Below are positions 47,070 to 56,799 of a stretch of DNA of 64,000 bases, in pieces. The stretch covers positions 244,246 through 308,245 of IMG/VR virus record IMGVR_UViG_3300028887_000067. The stretch is one strand, 5' to 3'. Each line of letters begins with the position of its first letter. Positions within the stretch are counted from its first letter, which is position 1. The notes below the pieces were generated by a model. The model did no database searches, was not told the origin of the DNA, and was given only the letters and a program-made list of their open reading frames with translations. Both the position numbers and the translations under genes were made by a program. The DNA is from a virus (Duplodnaviria; Caudoviricetes).

Positions 47070-47633
47070 ATGAAACATTTCGGCATCAAGACCAAACGAA
47101 AAACTCTGAAACCGATTGACGAGACGCTGGTGCGCTTCGACACGGGCGGCGACGAATGGCTCTACGTGAGCAAGCTGTCGGGCGATATCGAGCTCGGCGA
47201 CGGCCGCAAGTGCGGCGTGAAGCTCGCCGTGTGGGTGCTCGACGAGATGGCGGTCCCGTCCGGCGACACCAAGCCAGGCGACTACGGAATCCACTTGTGC
47301 ATGGTCCCCGACGCGTCGAGGCTCGGGCCCAAGGCCAAGAAGCGCGTCGCCGACTCGTGCGGCATCGACCCCAAGGACGTGGACGAATACGAGTGCTGGC
47401 GGTACGGGTTCGGCGTGGCTTACGGCAGGGAGTGCTTCGACATCTCCATCGGCCGTTGCGAGAAGCTGGAGGGAATCACCGGCGTGGACGACCCCCGTGT
47501 GCAAGAACTTGTTCAGTTCGCCGGAGACGTTGTCGCCCCCTGCGCCGTCTCGCTCGTGGGGTACACGCTTGACCTGCCAGTGAACCACGCTGGAAAGACG
47601 GGATGGGACGCCGTCAAGGACTGGGTGGAATGA
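47070..47633 (+). CDS. hypothetical protein
   Basis: element + AAGGAGG RBS. Confidence 0.75.
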   Translation: MKHFGIKTKRKTLKPIDETLVRFDTGGDEWLYVSKLSGDIELGDGRKCGVKLAVWVLDEMAVPSGDTKPGDYGIHLCMVPDASRLGPKAKKRVADSCGIDPKDVDEYECWRYGFGVAYGRECFDISIGRCEKLEGITGVDDPRVQELVQFAGDVVAPCAVSLVGYTLDLPVNHAGKTGWDAVKDWVE

Positions 47634-47703
47634 CCCCGGACCGGGGCTCCCCGGAGCCCCGATATTTCCTGTACAAGGAACCCAACCACAAAGGAGTTAA
47701 AAC

Positions 47704-48183
47704 ATGGGACACTACATTTGCTATCACGAGCAGCACACCGTCCGTTTCCGACCCGGCTACGCACAGTCCGACCTTTCCACCTGGTGGCGTCAGCAAACTC
47801 CCGCAAAGCGGGACGGCTGCACCGACTACCCCGAGGTGCGCATCCTGAATGACGGCGCGATTTCCAAGGCCGCCCTGTCCAAGTACGACAAGACTTACCG
47901 TGACGGCGCCATCGCAATGGGCAAGGACGCCCCCGACCAATTCATGGAACTCATCCCGCAGTACAAGTGTCACGCCGTGTTGCTCGGTATCAAGGGGTGG
48001 CGTGCCGTCCGCAGGGTCCGCAAGGTCGTTAACCACCACATCCGCGAGGTGGAGGAAACCAAGGACTACAAGACCCGCCCCAAGACCCCGCTGAAGGGTT
48101 CCACGCTCTACGCCCTGGGAGTTTTCTGTGTGAGCTATGACGCCCGTGACTACGACCCGATGGAGCACGCCTCCTTCGACTAA
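47704..48183 (+). CDS. hypothetical protein
   Basis: element + RBS. Confidence 0.75.
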   Translation: MGHYICYHEQHTVRFRPGYAQSDLSTWWRQQTPAKRDGCTDYPEVRILNDGAISKAALSKYDKTYRDGAIAMGKDAPDQFMELIPQYKCHAVLLGIKGWRAVRRVRKVVNHHIREVEETKDYKTRPKTPLKGSTLYALGVFCVSYDARDYDPMEHASFD

Positions 48184-48309
48184 TATCGGGGGGCTCAGGC
48201 CCCCTTTCCCTCGATCGATGGTGTTGACACTGTCGGCAACCGTCCGGGGCTCCTCCGGGCGACCATCCGTACTATACAACGAAACAACCAACCACAAAGG
48301 AGTTAACCA

Positions 48310-49119
48310 ATGAAAAAGACGGCACTTACCGGCATCACCACCATCCTCCCCTTCGACACGGACTACATCAAGGTCGGCAAGGACAAGGACACCAAGTGGA
48401 ACCTCATGGACAAGGACGGCAAGCTGATTTCCACGACCTGGTTCCAGAGCGTCGAACGCAACCGTGACGGCAGCATCTCCACGACCGTCATCGAGGCGAA
48501 GACCCACACTGTGGCACCCGTGAAGTTCATCGACGTCGTCGCCATGCGCAGCTTCTCCGACGTGGTGGCCATCATGCCCCCCGTCGTGATGAACCTCGTC
48601 GACACGGGCAGCATCAAGCCCTGCGACGACGGCAGGTACGTGGCGACCGCCTCGTTCTACGGGATGAAGGTGTACATCACCAAGGAGGGGCACATCTACG
48701 ATACGAACGGCGTCAAGCTGCGCATCCTCTTCAACACGGTCGACACGGAGCGCCTGAACAATTGCCTGAACAAGCTGAACAAAAAGTTGAATTTTGATTT
48801 TGATGGCAACGAAAAAAGTTTCCAGTGGAGCGACACCATCAAATCCAAGGAGGCAATTTTTGCCTTCTACTGGGTGACCGATGATTGTTCCGTCGACCTC
48901 GGCTGCAACACTCCCTTGACGCATATGGGAAGCGAAAAGTGGTCCGACGACCTGAAAATCCGCGCTGACCAGCTGATGCCCGAAACCGTCCGCCAGTCCC
49001 TCTCCAAAACATGGAACAAGACTCCCGAATACATGGATGGCTCCGGCTACTCTTCTTGGACGTGGACATTCAAGAAGGAGCAGCTTGAAGAAATTATCTC
49101 CGCTCTTGAGGCCATCTAG
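48310..49119 (+). CDS. hypothetical protein with WG-repeat-like segments
   Basis: KWNLMDKDGKLISTTWF; element + RBS. Confidence 0.7.
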   Translation: MKKTALTGITTILPFDTDYIKVGKDKDTKWNLMDKDGKLISTTWFQSVERNRDGSISTTVIEAKTHTVAPVKFIDVVAMRSFSDVVAIMPPVVMNLVDTGSIKPCDDGRYVATASFYGMKVYITKEGHIYDTNGVKLRILFNTVDTERLNNCLNKLNKKLNFDFDGNEKSFQWSDTIKSKEAIFAFYWVTDDCSVDLGCNTPLTHMGSEKWSDDLKIRADQLMPETVRQSLSKTWNKTPEYMDGSGYSSWTWTFKKEQLEEIISALEAI

Positions 49120-49197
49120 CCCGGTGGAAATGGCTCTGCCCGGCCGGGGCTCCTCGGCCGGGTCATTTTTTCTATACAACGGAAAAAGGAGTTTAAA

Positions 49198-49623
49198 ATG
49201 GAAGAAAAGAAAGAACCCACGAAATACGTCGTCCTCACCAGCAACGACTCTACCGAATGCAGAACCGAGAACCCCGAGTTCGGCTGCCGCCTCTACTCTG
49301 ACGAGGACGGCAAAGACCCCGTAACCAAGGCGTCCGAGGAAATCTGGAGCCGCATGCAGGCCGACCTCAGCAAGGATAACATCGTAAAGGTCGAGCTGAA
49401 CGGCGAGGTCGTCTTCTGCGACGAAAACAACGAATGCGAATGGGGCGCCGTCGGCACCATGAGCGACGTCCGCGACCTTCAGAAGCTCGAGCACGACGAA
49501 GTGGTGAAGACCTACGGGCTCCTCAGTTCGGCCGCCGTGCTCGTGTCCGACGACGGCCTGTACTGCGGCGTGTTCCACAGCACCCACCACCGAATCCCCA
49601 ACGACGACACCGCAGAGTGGTAA
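49198..49623 (+). CDS. acidic hypothetical protein
   Basis: element + RBS. Confidence 0.75.
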   Translation: MEEKKEPTKYVVLTSNDSTECRTENPEFGCRLYSDEDGKDPVTKASEEIWSRMQADLSKDNIVKVELNGEVVFCDENNECEWGAVGTMSDVRDLQKLEHDEVVKTYGLLSSAAVLVSDDGLYCGVFHSTHHRIPNDDTAEW

Positions 49624-49711
49624 ATGTTCAAGCCCGCCGGACCGGGCCTCCCCGGACCGGCAATTTTTCCTATACAAGGAAACAACCATCACCACCAACA
49701 AGGAGTTAACA

Positions 49712-50269
49712 ATGGGCTGGAGCTGCGACTACATCCGCACGACAAAGGAACAAATCAAGGAATATGCCAAGGGGCTCGACCCGAACAAGGTCGAACTGGT
49801 CGGCATCACCGGTTCGTGGATTAAGTACATCCGGAAGGAGTCCAACACTCCGTGCGCCCTGGTTCTTCTCATGCACAAGTACGAAGGCTTTGTATTGTAT
49901 AAAGCCGTAAGTGCGAGCGCTGGCCCGAACGAGCTGAACCAAGGCGTTGCCCGCTGGATTAAGAAGGAATACGAGGCCCGAGGCCTCACCCCCGACGGAT
50001 ACCTCAAGGAATGGCTCGACCGGTGCGACAAGGCGAAGGCGGAGGCGGACCGCATCAAGGCCTTCGCCGACACCCTGGTGGTGGGCCAGCGTTACCCCGT
50101 CAAGCATGATTTCGAGGCGGGGCCGTACAAGTTCAAGGCGGGCGAAGAATTTATCTACTGGGGCGCCTCTCCGCGTTGCACCAAGAGGCGTTCTTTCCAC
50201 TTCGACGGCATCCCTGTAAATTTCAGGCTGTCGTTAGACCTTTTCATGGAGGACAATATGAAGAAGTAA
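49712..50269 (+). CDS. hypothetical protein
   Basis: element + RBS. Confidence 0.75.
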   Translation: MGWSCDYIRTTKEQIKEYAKGLDPNKVELVGITGSWIKYIRKESNTPCALVLLMHKYEGFVLYKAVSASAGPNELNQGVARWIKKEYEARGLTPDGYLKEWLDRCDKAKAEADRIKAFADTLVVGQRYPVKHDFEAGPYKFKAGEEFIYWGASPRCTKRRSFHFDGIPVNFRLSLDLFMEDNMKK

Positions 50270-50389
50270 GATCGATCGGCGCCGCCCCACGGGGCGGCTT
50301 TCCCGCATTGCGGGAGCATTGCCACTGCCGGACAGTATCCGGGGCTCCTCCGGCGTGCTATATTTTATATGAAGAGAAAAGGAGCTTAC

Positions 50390-50647
50390 ATGGCAACTAC
50401 GGAAATGACAGAAGAGGAGAAGGACACGCGTCGCAGGGAGCAATACGAGAGGTCCACCATGACGGTGGACGAGCTCTGGGAGGCGCTCGGCGAGCTCAGG
50501 GAGCGCGGTGACGGCGACGCCATGATTGACGTCGACGACAACTGCGGGGGCAGCTATGCGTTGCATAAGTTCGGCGGGCCCACAGGCACGCCCCCGCTGA
50601 AGGCCGAAACGGGTAAATACGGGAAGTGGATAACCCTCGGTTTCTGA
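50390..50647 (+). CDS. hypothetical protein
   Basis: element + RBS. Confidence 0.7.
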   Translation: MATTEMTEEEKDTRRREQYERSTMTVDELWEALGELRERGDGDAMIDVDDNCGGSYALHKFGGPTGTPPLKAETGKYGKWITLGF

Positions 50648-50697
50648 CCGGGGTTACCCACACACCTTATCTACACTATGTCAACAAGGAGTTAACA

Positions 50698-50976
50698 ATG
50701 GAACACATCAACATCGTATCCAAGCTCAACACTGCCCTGGCCACCGGCACGCCCGTCGACGAGCTCGACATAGAGTGCGAGGTGGGCAACGTCGCCAGAG
50801 AAGTGTTCGGCCGAAAGACCGTGTGCCAGCGGGTTTTCCTCGACCTCGAGCATCCGCCCCAGTACAACATTTTCGCCAAGGTAGACGGGGAGTGGAAGCT
50901 CGTCCTCACGGTCAAGGTAAACGCCTGCCTGCAACCCGGCGACAAGTACACGGTGTACTGCACTCACGTCGAATAG
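50698..50976 (+). CDS. hypothetical protein
   Basis: degenerate element + RBS. Confidence 0.7.
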   Translation: MEHINIVSKLNTALATGTPVDELDIECEVGNVAREVFGRKTVCQRVFLDLEHPPQYNIFAKVDGEWKLVLTVKVNACLQPGDKYTVYCTHVE

Positions 50977-51030
50977 CCGGGGCTCCTCCGGAGCCCCATC
51001 CGTACTATACCAACCGAAAGGAGACAACCA

Positions 51031-51138
51031 ATGGAAACCAAGACCTACAGTGCACCGCTCATGGTGGCCGACGGGAAGACCCTCAAGGTCAAGAACGACG
51101 TTCCTGTCAACGAAGAAAAAGCAAAGAAGGAAAAGTAG
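51031..51138 (+). CDS. 35-aa peptide METKTYSAPLMVADGKTLKVKNDVPVNEEKAKKEK
   Basis: sole ORF between element copies 50977 and 51143, AAGGAG RBS. Confidence 0.65.
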   Translation: METKTYSAPLMVADGKTLKVKNDVPVNEEKAKKEK

Positions 51139-51195
51139 TCGTCCGGGGCTCCCCGGGGGGCCCATCACCACTATACCAACCGAAAAGGAGTTAAC

Positions 51196-51513
51196 ATGAA
51201 CACTATCAGCAAGGGCACCGACACCGGCCTCGTCGACCTCGACGGCAAGCCAATCCTCGTGGGCGACCTCGTGAGCTTCCCCTACATCGACCCGATGGGT
51301 AAGGAGCACATCGACACCCCGAACGACGAGCTCATGGAAATCCGCTACGACCACGGCAACATGGTCGCCGCATCCCTCGACCCGGAAGAACCCCACCGCA
51401 CGGTCAAGCTGTCCGACCGTGTCGACCGTGACCCGCAGGGCATCTACATCTGCAACTACGGCACGTTCCACCCGTACTCGTCCAACAAGGTACACTGTTG
51501 GAAGAAGGGGTAG
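51196..51513 (+). CDS. YopX-like protein
   Basis: TGLVDLDGKPILVGDLV resembles YopX TG..D.NG..I..GD.V. Confidence 0.6.
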   Translation: MNTISKGTDTGLVDLDGKPILVGDLVSFPYIDPMGKEHIDTPNDELMEIRYDHGNMVAASLDPEEPHRTVKLSDRVDRDPQGIYICNYGTFHPYSSNKVHCWKKG

Positions 51514-51515
51514 CC

Positions 51516-51779
51516 ATGAAAATAAACATCGAACTCGTCCTGTTCGTGCTCGCCTATGCGCTCCCCGTCGCCGTCGAGCTGCTGGGACGAGCCATCCGCT
51601 GGAACGTGACCGCCCGCATGCTCCTGTTCGTGATTGACTTTTACGCCTTCGCAGGCCTCATTCTCAGCGTCGGCATGGTGGACACGGAAATTTTCGCACG
51701 TACGTGCGATATCTTGCTTATCATTCCCGCGCTTATACGAACTATATGGCTCGGGGCTTCGATGGACACGAGAGCATGA
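51516..51779 (+). CDS. hypothetical membrane protein
   Basis: three hydrophobic segments; start at MKINIE. Confidence 0.55.
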   Translation: MKINIELVLFVLAYALPVAVELLGRAIRWNVTARMLLFVIDFYAFAGLILSVGMVDTEIFARTCDILLIIPALIRTIWLGASMDTRA

Positions 51780-51970
51780 AGAAGCGCCGGAAATTCATAG
51801 TCCCGACCAAACGGGAATCGGTCGGGATGTTCGACGCCCGTCTGGCCAGCGTGGCCAAGTCCTTCGGGCTCCGGCTCGTCTACGAATACCCGCACAACTT
51901 CGACGGGTGGTTCAACCGCCCGCACTACCGCTGGCTGGCCGGGCTTCGCCGGAACGACGATCGATCGTAA
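51776..51970 (+). CDS. small basic hypothetical protein
   Basis: ATGA overlap with upstream gene. Confidence 0.5.
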   Translation: MKKRRKFIVPTKRESVGMFDARLASVAKSFGLRLVYEYPHNFDGWFNRPHYRWLAGLRRNDDRS

Positions 51971-51988
51971 GCCAACCGAGAGGACAAA

Positions 51989-52381
51989 ATGAAAATTCTT
52001 ATCGCATCCAGAATCTGCACCGACCAGCGAGCGTCGGACAACGAACGGCTCGAAGTATGCACCCCGATGGTCGTCGCCGTGGAAAGCGGGGTCAACAAGG
52101 ACCAGAACACCATCAGAGACTCCCTCGTGGAGTCCATGAAGCTGCTGGCGAGCGTCGACTTCTCGAAGTTCCGCTACAAGACGGAGCCGGCCGCAGAGTT
52201 CGCGAGGATTCCGACCTGCGTCAACCCTTCCGCCTCCTTCGACGAGCGCATGGCGAATTTCGTGCGTTACGCCTCCAACGTGGCCAACTACGTAGCCAAC
52301 AACACCAGGAACGCCGCCCTGTACATCTGCATTGCGGGCAAGGAGGACTGCGTCGAGGTGTACCGGGTGTCCGAGGTGTAG
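51989..52381 (+). CDS. hypothetical protein
   Basis: GAGG RBS. Confidence 0.7.
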   Translation: MKILIASRICTDQRASDNERLEVCTPMVVAVESGVNKDQNTIRDSLVESMKLLASVDFSKFRYKTEPAAEFARIPTCVNPSASFDERMANFVRYASNVANYVANNTRNAALYICIAGKEDCVEVYRVSEV

Positions 52382-52436
52382 TGCCGGGGTTCCTCCGGGA
52401 GCCCATCCATCCTGTACCAACCAAGGAGAATGAAAA

Positions 52437-53051
52437 ATGATTACCGATGCACATGTCAACCTCCTCAACGAATTGGGGAAGAAGGTACTGCAGCTCGACT
52501 TCGTGAAGAAGTACGGGCCTGCCGACCCTGTCGCCACCCCGCTCTACAAGAACGGAGTCGTGGTGGTCCAGCTCGACCAGAAGTTGGCGAAGACGGCCGA
52601 CGGCTACATCCGCAAGAACGTACTTAGGGCGCATGCCCACATCGACACGCGCTGGAAGGAACTGGTAGGCCGTTCCTGCCGGTCCGAGTTGTCCACGTCC
52701 GGCGGTTCCAACGTCCGGCTCCTCGTCAAGGTCGAGAACTACTACAAGCCGTTCACGAAGAAGGTGAAGTGCAAGACGACGACGCCGCTGGCGAAGATGC
52801 TGGCCGTGTTCAAGACGGTCAAGAAGGCCGTCTCGGAAGGAAACGACAGGCTCGTCGTGAGCGCTATGGCCAGCACCATCGAAGTCTGCAGCCATGGAAG
52901 GTTTTTCAACCGCGACCGCGACACCGACTTCGACATAATGGCAAAGCTCGGGAATATTTTCCGTTTCGGCCTGGGCGACCCGTGCTACAAAGTGAACGAG
53001 GTCAGGGTGACCGACACGGACACGAAGGACACCTACGTGATCCCGATGTGA
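52437..53051 (+). CDS. hypothetical protein
   Basis: element + RBS. Confidence 0.75.
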   Translation: MITDAHVNLLNELGKKVLQLDFVKKYGPADPVATPLYKNGVVVVQLDQKLAKTADGYIRKNVLRAHAHIDTRWKELVGRSCRSELSTSGGSNVRLLVKVENYYKPFTKKVKCKTTTPLAKMLAVFKTVKKAVSEGNDRLVVSAMASTIEVCSHGRFFNRDRDTDFDIMAKLGNIFRFGLGDPCYKVNEVRVTDTDTKDTYVIPM

Positions 53052-53104
53052 CGCCGGGGCTCCTCCGGGAGCCCATCCTCTCTATACAACAAAGGAGAAC
53101 CGAC

Positions 53105-53242
53105 ATGGCGACCAAAAACGACAAGCCCAAAAAGGCGACCAAGAAGAAACCCGACGAACTCAAGTGCCCCTACTGCGGCGGCACCACCATAAGCACCGAC
53201 AGCGAAGGTCATTGCTGTATGGAATGCTACGGCATGTTCTAG
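53105..53242 (+). CDS. 45-aa zinc-ribbon protein
   Basis: CPYCG...CMEC; element + RBS. Confidence 0.65.
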   Translation: MATKNDKPKKATKKKPDELKCPYCGGTTISTDSEGHCCMECYGMF

Positions 53243-53294
53243 ACCGGGGCTCCCCTGAACCGGCATCCGTACTACATCAACCAAAGGAGATAAC

Positions 53295-53693
53295 ATGGCT
53301 ACTACCAAGAAAACCACCGGAACCACTGCCGCAACGAAGAAGGTTGCGACGAAGAAGACCTCCAAGAAGACAGTCGAGACCGCCGAGAAGACAGTCGAGG
53401 CCGCCGAGACGCCGTCCTACCCGACGCTCGAGGTCACCAAGGTGGAAGTGTTCCCGTTCAAGGGGGGAATGTCCCTCGGCAAAATCAAGGCGATGGCCAG
53501 CGTCGTGCTCAACGACCAGCTGCAAATCCGCGGCCTGCGTGTTTATGACGGCATCAACGGCCTTTTCGTAGGCTATCCGTGCGACCCGTTCTTCAAGGGC
53601 GAAGAAAACCGCTACGTGTGCGTCCCCACCACGTCCGAGCTCAGGGCGGTAATCGAAAAGGCAGTCCTCGACAAGTTCAACGAAGTCAAGTAG
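53295..53693 (+). CDS. spoVG: SpoVG-family nucleic-acid-binding protein with K/T-rich N-terminal extension
   Basis: EVTKVEV, KAMASVVLND.L.IRGLRV.DG.NGLFV.YP, P....R..I pattern. Confidence 0.85.
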   Translation: MATTKKTTGTTAATKKVATKKTSKKTVETAEKTVEAAETPSYPTLEVTKVEVFPFKGGMSLGKIKAMASVVLNDQLQIRGLRVYDGINGLFVGYPCDPFFKGEENRYVCVPTTSELRAVIEKAVLDKFNEVK

Positions 53694-53756
53694 GCCTGCT
53701 GGCCGGCCGGGGCTCCTCCGGAGCCCTATTTTTTCTATATCAACAAAGGAGGCAAT

Positions 53757-54146
53757 ATGGCATTCAGGACATCACTGGTAACTCTGTCTGAATTTATCGA
53801 CGGGAAGCGCTGGGAACGTCTCACCAACCGTTCATCTACGTTCGACGAGGCGTTCGACGACCTGGGTGCCCGCATGAAGAAGGTATTCAGAGAGTGCAAG
53901 GAGAAGGACGAACCGGTCGCCATCAGCGTCGTCAACGGCTACGAAGGAATGGCGAACGCCGAGGTCACGAAGCCGGAGGACGTCGACCAGTTCCTCGAGA
54001 AGCTGAAACCGCTGTACGGCACCGACAACAAGAACCACGTGTGCCTGCTCATATACTACACCAACCGCAACCTATCCTACAACGCCGGATATTTCGCCGA
54101 CAAGGATTACCACTGCAAGTCGCTCATCCTCGAGTCCTGCCTGTAA
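53757..54146 (+). CDS. hypothetical protein
   Basis: element + RBS. Confidence 0.75.
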   Translation: MAFRTSLVTLSEFIDGKRWERLTNRSSTFDEAFDDLGARMKKVFRECKEKDEPVAISVVNGYEGMANAEVTKPEDVDQFLEKLKPLYGTDNKNHVCLLIYYTNRNLSYNAGYFADKDYHCKSLILESCL

Positions 54147-54207
54147 CCGGGGCTCCCTCGACCATGCATCCGGGTAGACGAAGCCAACCACAACAGGAGA
54201 ATTTCCA

Positions 54208-54777
54208 ATGATTAAGCTAATTACCGGCGACAGCGGCGAGGGGACATTCCTCATCGAAGTTGCCAACTTCACGAAGCAGCAGGACAACGAAATCATGACC
54301 AAGATGTCCACGGAGATTCGCGGCGGCGTCAACGCCATCGAGTGCGGAAAGTTCAGGATGGTACAATGTCGATTGAAGGACGAATACGACACCGCTATCG
54401 ACCTGATCGATCACCTCCAGGTCGAATATGTCCACGCCGACGTCTACGTGAAGGAATCGAATGAAAGCGTCACAATGATGTCGTCGGTGGACGTCCCCCT
54501 GTGCGAGGACGCTAGGATTGACTTCTACGACAGACCCGTCGGGCGTTTCTTCGGAAAGGTCTGGACCGAACCCAGGTACGCCGGCACGTTCTTCCACATG
54601 GACTCCGTCGACGACTTTTTCTGGACCGCGAGCACGAAGAAACTTCTATCCGTCGACGAGATAAAGGAGCTCATGGTCGAATATCTCAAGCAGGTCCCCG
54701 AAACCGGCGCTTCCGAGGAAAACTGGAAGGAATTCTTCAAGAACCACGGGCTCGACGCCTGCAACTCCAACGAATGA
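54208..54777 (+). CDS. hypothetical protein
   Basis: degenerate element + RBS. Confidence 0.75.
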   Translation: MIKLITGDSGEGTFLIEVANFTKQQDNEIMTKMSTEIRGGVNAIECGKFRMVQCRLKDEYDTAIDLIDHLQVEYVHADVYVKESNESVTMMSSVDVPLCEDARIDFYDRPVGRFFGKVWTEPRYAGTFFHMDSVDDFFWTASTKKLLSVDEIKELMVEYLKQVPETGASEENWKEFFKNHGLDACNSNE

Positions 54778-54814
54778 GCCGGGGCTCCCCCGGCTCGGGA
54801 TCAATCGGGTGCCC

Positions 54815-54843
54815 TTGACAGGGCGACCTAAAAAACTTACATT
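54815..54843 (+). promoter_or_regulatory. sigma70-type promoter inserted after element copy 54779
   Basis: TTGACA-17nt-TACATT. Confidence 0.65.
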
Positions 54844-54877
54844 TAACAGTATAACCAACCACGACAAAGGATTTAAA

Positions 54878-55159
54878 ATGCCCCTAAAGACAGGCGACCC
54901 GGCAACCATCAGCGTACAAGCTTTGTACAACAGCATCAGCGACAGGCCCGCGAAGACGGCACTGGGTCACGAGATTACCCACAAGGGGAACTACTTCGAC
55001 CTCCACAGCAAGCTCGGAGTGGCCTGCATGGACGGCGAGACGTGCTTCGTCGAGTCCGTGAACGAAGACGGCTCCGTCACCTTCCGCAACAGCAGCGGGG
55101 ACGACGACACCATGTTCACCCTCACGGCGGCCGAGGTCGCCACAGCCACGTTCGCCTAG
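54878..55159 (+). CDS. hypothetical protein
   Basis: AAAGGA RBS. Confidence 0.7.
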   Translation: MPLKTGDPATISVQALYNSISDRPAKTALGHEITHKGNYFDLHSKLGVACMDGETCFVESVNEDGSVTFRNSSGDDDTMFTLTAAEVATATFA

Positions 55160-55231
55160 GAGGCCAGCTTGTCCAAGAATTCCACCCGCATCCTGAAACC
55201 AACCAAGAAACGCATATCAGGGAGGTAGCCC

Positions 55232-55564
55232 ATGGGCCAATCTTTCAAGGAAACGCTCGACTCGGTGCTGAAGATCGAAAACTTCGCCGCTGTCGCCGGA
55301 AAGAAGAACACTTACGAGCGCACGTTCGACGTGCAGAAAAAGAAGGCGGGCCTGAAGGTCGAGAAGGTCAGGGTCAGGCTCCGCGTGGCGGGGCAAAACA
55401 TCGCCTACACCGTCAACTGGGTCGACATGGTCGGCAACCGCACGAAAAGGGTGCGCACCGGCTCCGTGCAGCTCCTTCCCACGGACGGCCACGCGGACAT
55501 CTGGTGCAAGGTCGGCGACATCGCCAAGATCGGCAAGCAGTTCGCCGTCGCCTACGCCCAGTAA
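55232..55564 (+). CDS. hypothetical protein
   Basis: GGAGG RBS. Confidence 0.7.
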   Translation: MGQSFKETLDSVLKIENFAAVAGKKNTYERTFDVQKKKAGLKVEKVRVRLRVAGQNIAYTVNWVDMVGNRTKRVRTGSVQLLPTDGHADIWCKVGDIAKIGKQFAVAYAQ

Positions 55565-55622
55565 TCGTCCGGGCCTCCTCGAGGGGCCCATCCTCCCTGT
55601 ACCAACCACAAGGAGTTAAAAA

Positions 55623-56225
55623 ATGTTCCAATTAATAATCCGCCAGACCTACCCGACCGACTGGGCAGACGCCGTCCTCCGTGCCGAGGCGTATGCCTTC
55701 GCCCACCAGGCGTGGGACGCCATCAAATACACGCTCGTCAAGTTCCTCGAAAGCCACGTCGGCTGCGCGGTGTTCCGCAAGAAGTATGACGAGGTCAAGA
55801 AGATGGAAAAGGAGGCCATCGCCGAGGCAGAGCGCCGCTGGGCGGAGAAGAGAGCCGAGCTGGACCGCAAGCTGAACGCCGAGGACATGGTCTTCCACGA
55901 CCGCCTGCGGGACACCCTGTCGAACTACGGGCTGCGCTCCGCCGAGTATGCCGAGGTGCAGGCCGAGGCCGAGAAGATGGCGAAACGCCGTGCCGACGAG
56001 TACGACAAGCTCGACGCGGGGCGCAAGGCCGAAATCGACAATATCGAGGCGGACTTCAAGAAAAAGAAGGAAAACTGGGTGCTCAGAAAGGGCGGCTCCG
56101 TCGACGACTTCGTCAACAGCTGCCGCAAGGAGAAGCTGAACCTGGACGGGATTGAGCTTCTCATCGACAGGCAACACGACAAGACCGGCGTGCCGGACCA
56201 GACGATCATCACCTCGGCCCCGTAG
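55623..56225 (+). CDS. coiled-coil hypothetical protein
   Basis: element + RBS; E/K/A-rich. Confidence 0.75.
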   Translation: MFQLIIRQTYPTDWADAVLRAEAYAFAHQAWDAIKYTLVKFLESHVGCAVFRKKYDEVKKMEKEAIAEAERRWAEKRAELDRKLNAEDMVFHDRLRDTLSNYGLRSAEYAEVQAEAEKMAKRRADEYDKLDAGRKAEIDNIEADFKKKKENWVLRKGGSVDDFVNSCRKEKLNLDGIELLIDRQHDKTGVPDQTIITSAP

Positions 56226-56289
56226 ATCCCGCCTGGGCTCCGGGGTTCCTCCGGGGTCCCATACTCCCTGTACCAACCAAGGAGGCAAC

Positions 56290-56706
56290 ATGAAGACCTG
56301 CGAAATCCCCAAGGAGAAGAGCGTAGCCGCTTTCAGGAACTACGACTTCGAGAACAACTACGTCCCCGAGAAGTTCCAGGGGGAGGTGGGCTACCAGCGG
56401 TTCGCCAAGGGTTACTTCATCCCCATCGCCAGACGGGAGATGAGGAAACTCGCCAAGAACATCGGCGCGAAGCTCGCCAGCTTCAGCAACAACACCTTCG
56501 AGTTCAGCTGCATGTTCAAGAAGGACGGCCGCTTCATCTACGCGAGGATCGACGACGTGCGCTGGAACGACTGGTACGGTCGCGTGCTGTACCGCACGGC
56601 CGACGACGTGAACGACTGCAGGGGCGGTAGCAACAACTGGTGCAGCTACGACCGGCTCGAGGAGTCCGTCAAGTCCCTGTTCGACGTGATGGCCCGCCGC
56701 AACTAG
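56290..56706 (+). CDS. hypothetical protein
   Basis: element + RBS. Confidence 0.75.
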   Translation: MKTCEIPKEKSVAAFRNYDFENNYVPEKFQGEVGYQRFAKGYFIPIARREMRKLAKNIGAKLASFSNNTFEFSCMFKKDGRFIYARIDDVRWNDWYGRVLYRTADDVNDCRGGSNNWCSYDRLEESVKSLFDVMARRN

Positions 56707-56799
56707 TCGACAGCGTTTCCACAGGATGTGGGCAGGACGTCAACGGACTGCCCATATTTTGTAAACTTTTTATTTACAATTTATCAACAGGGGTTCAAC

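Noticed and set aside
47614-49701. 695-aa minus-strand ORF (also 57321-59639, 33453-35384, 17810-19186)
   Set aside because: Shadow frames of GC-rich real genes; they cross elements and RBS-supported ORFs on the coding frame
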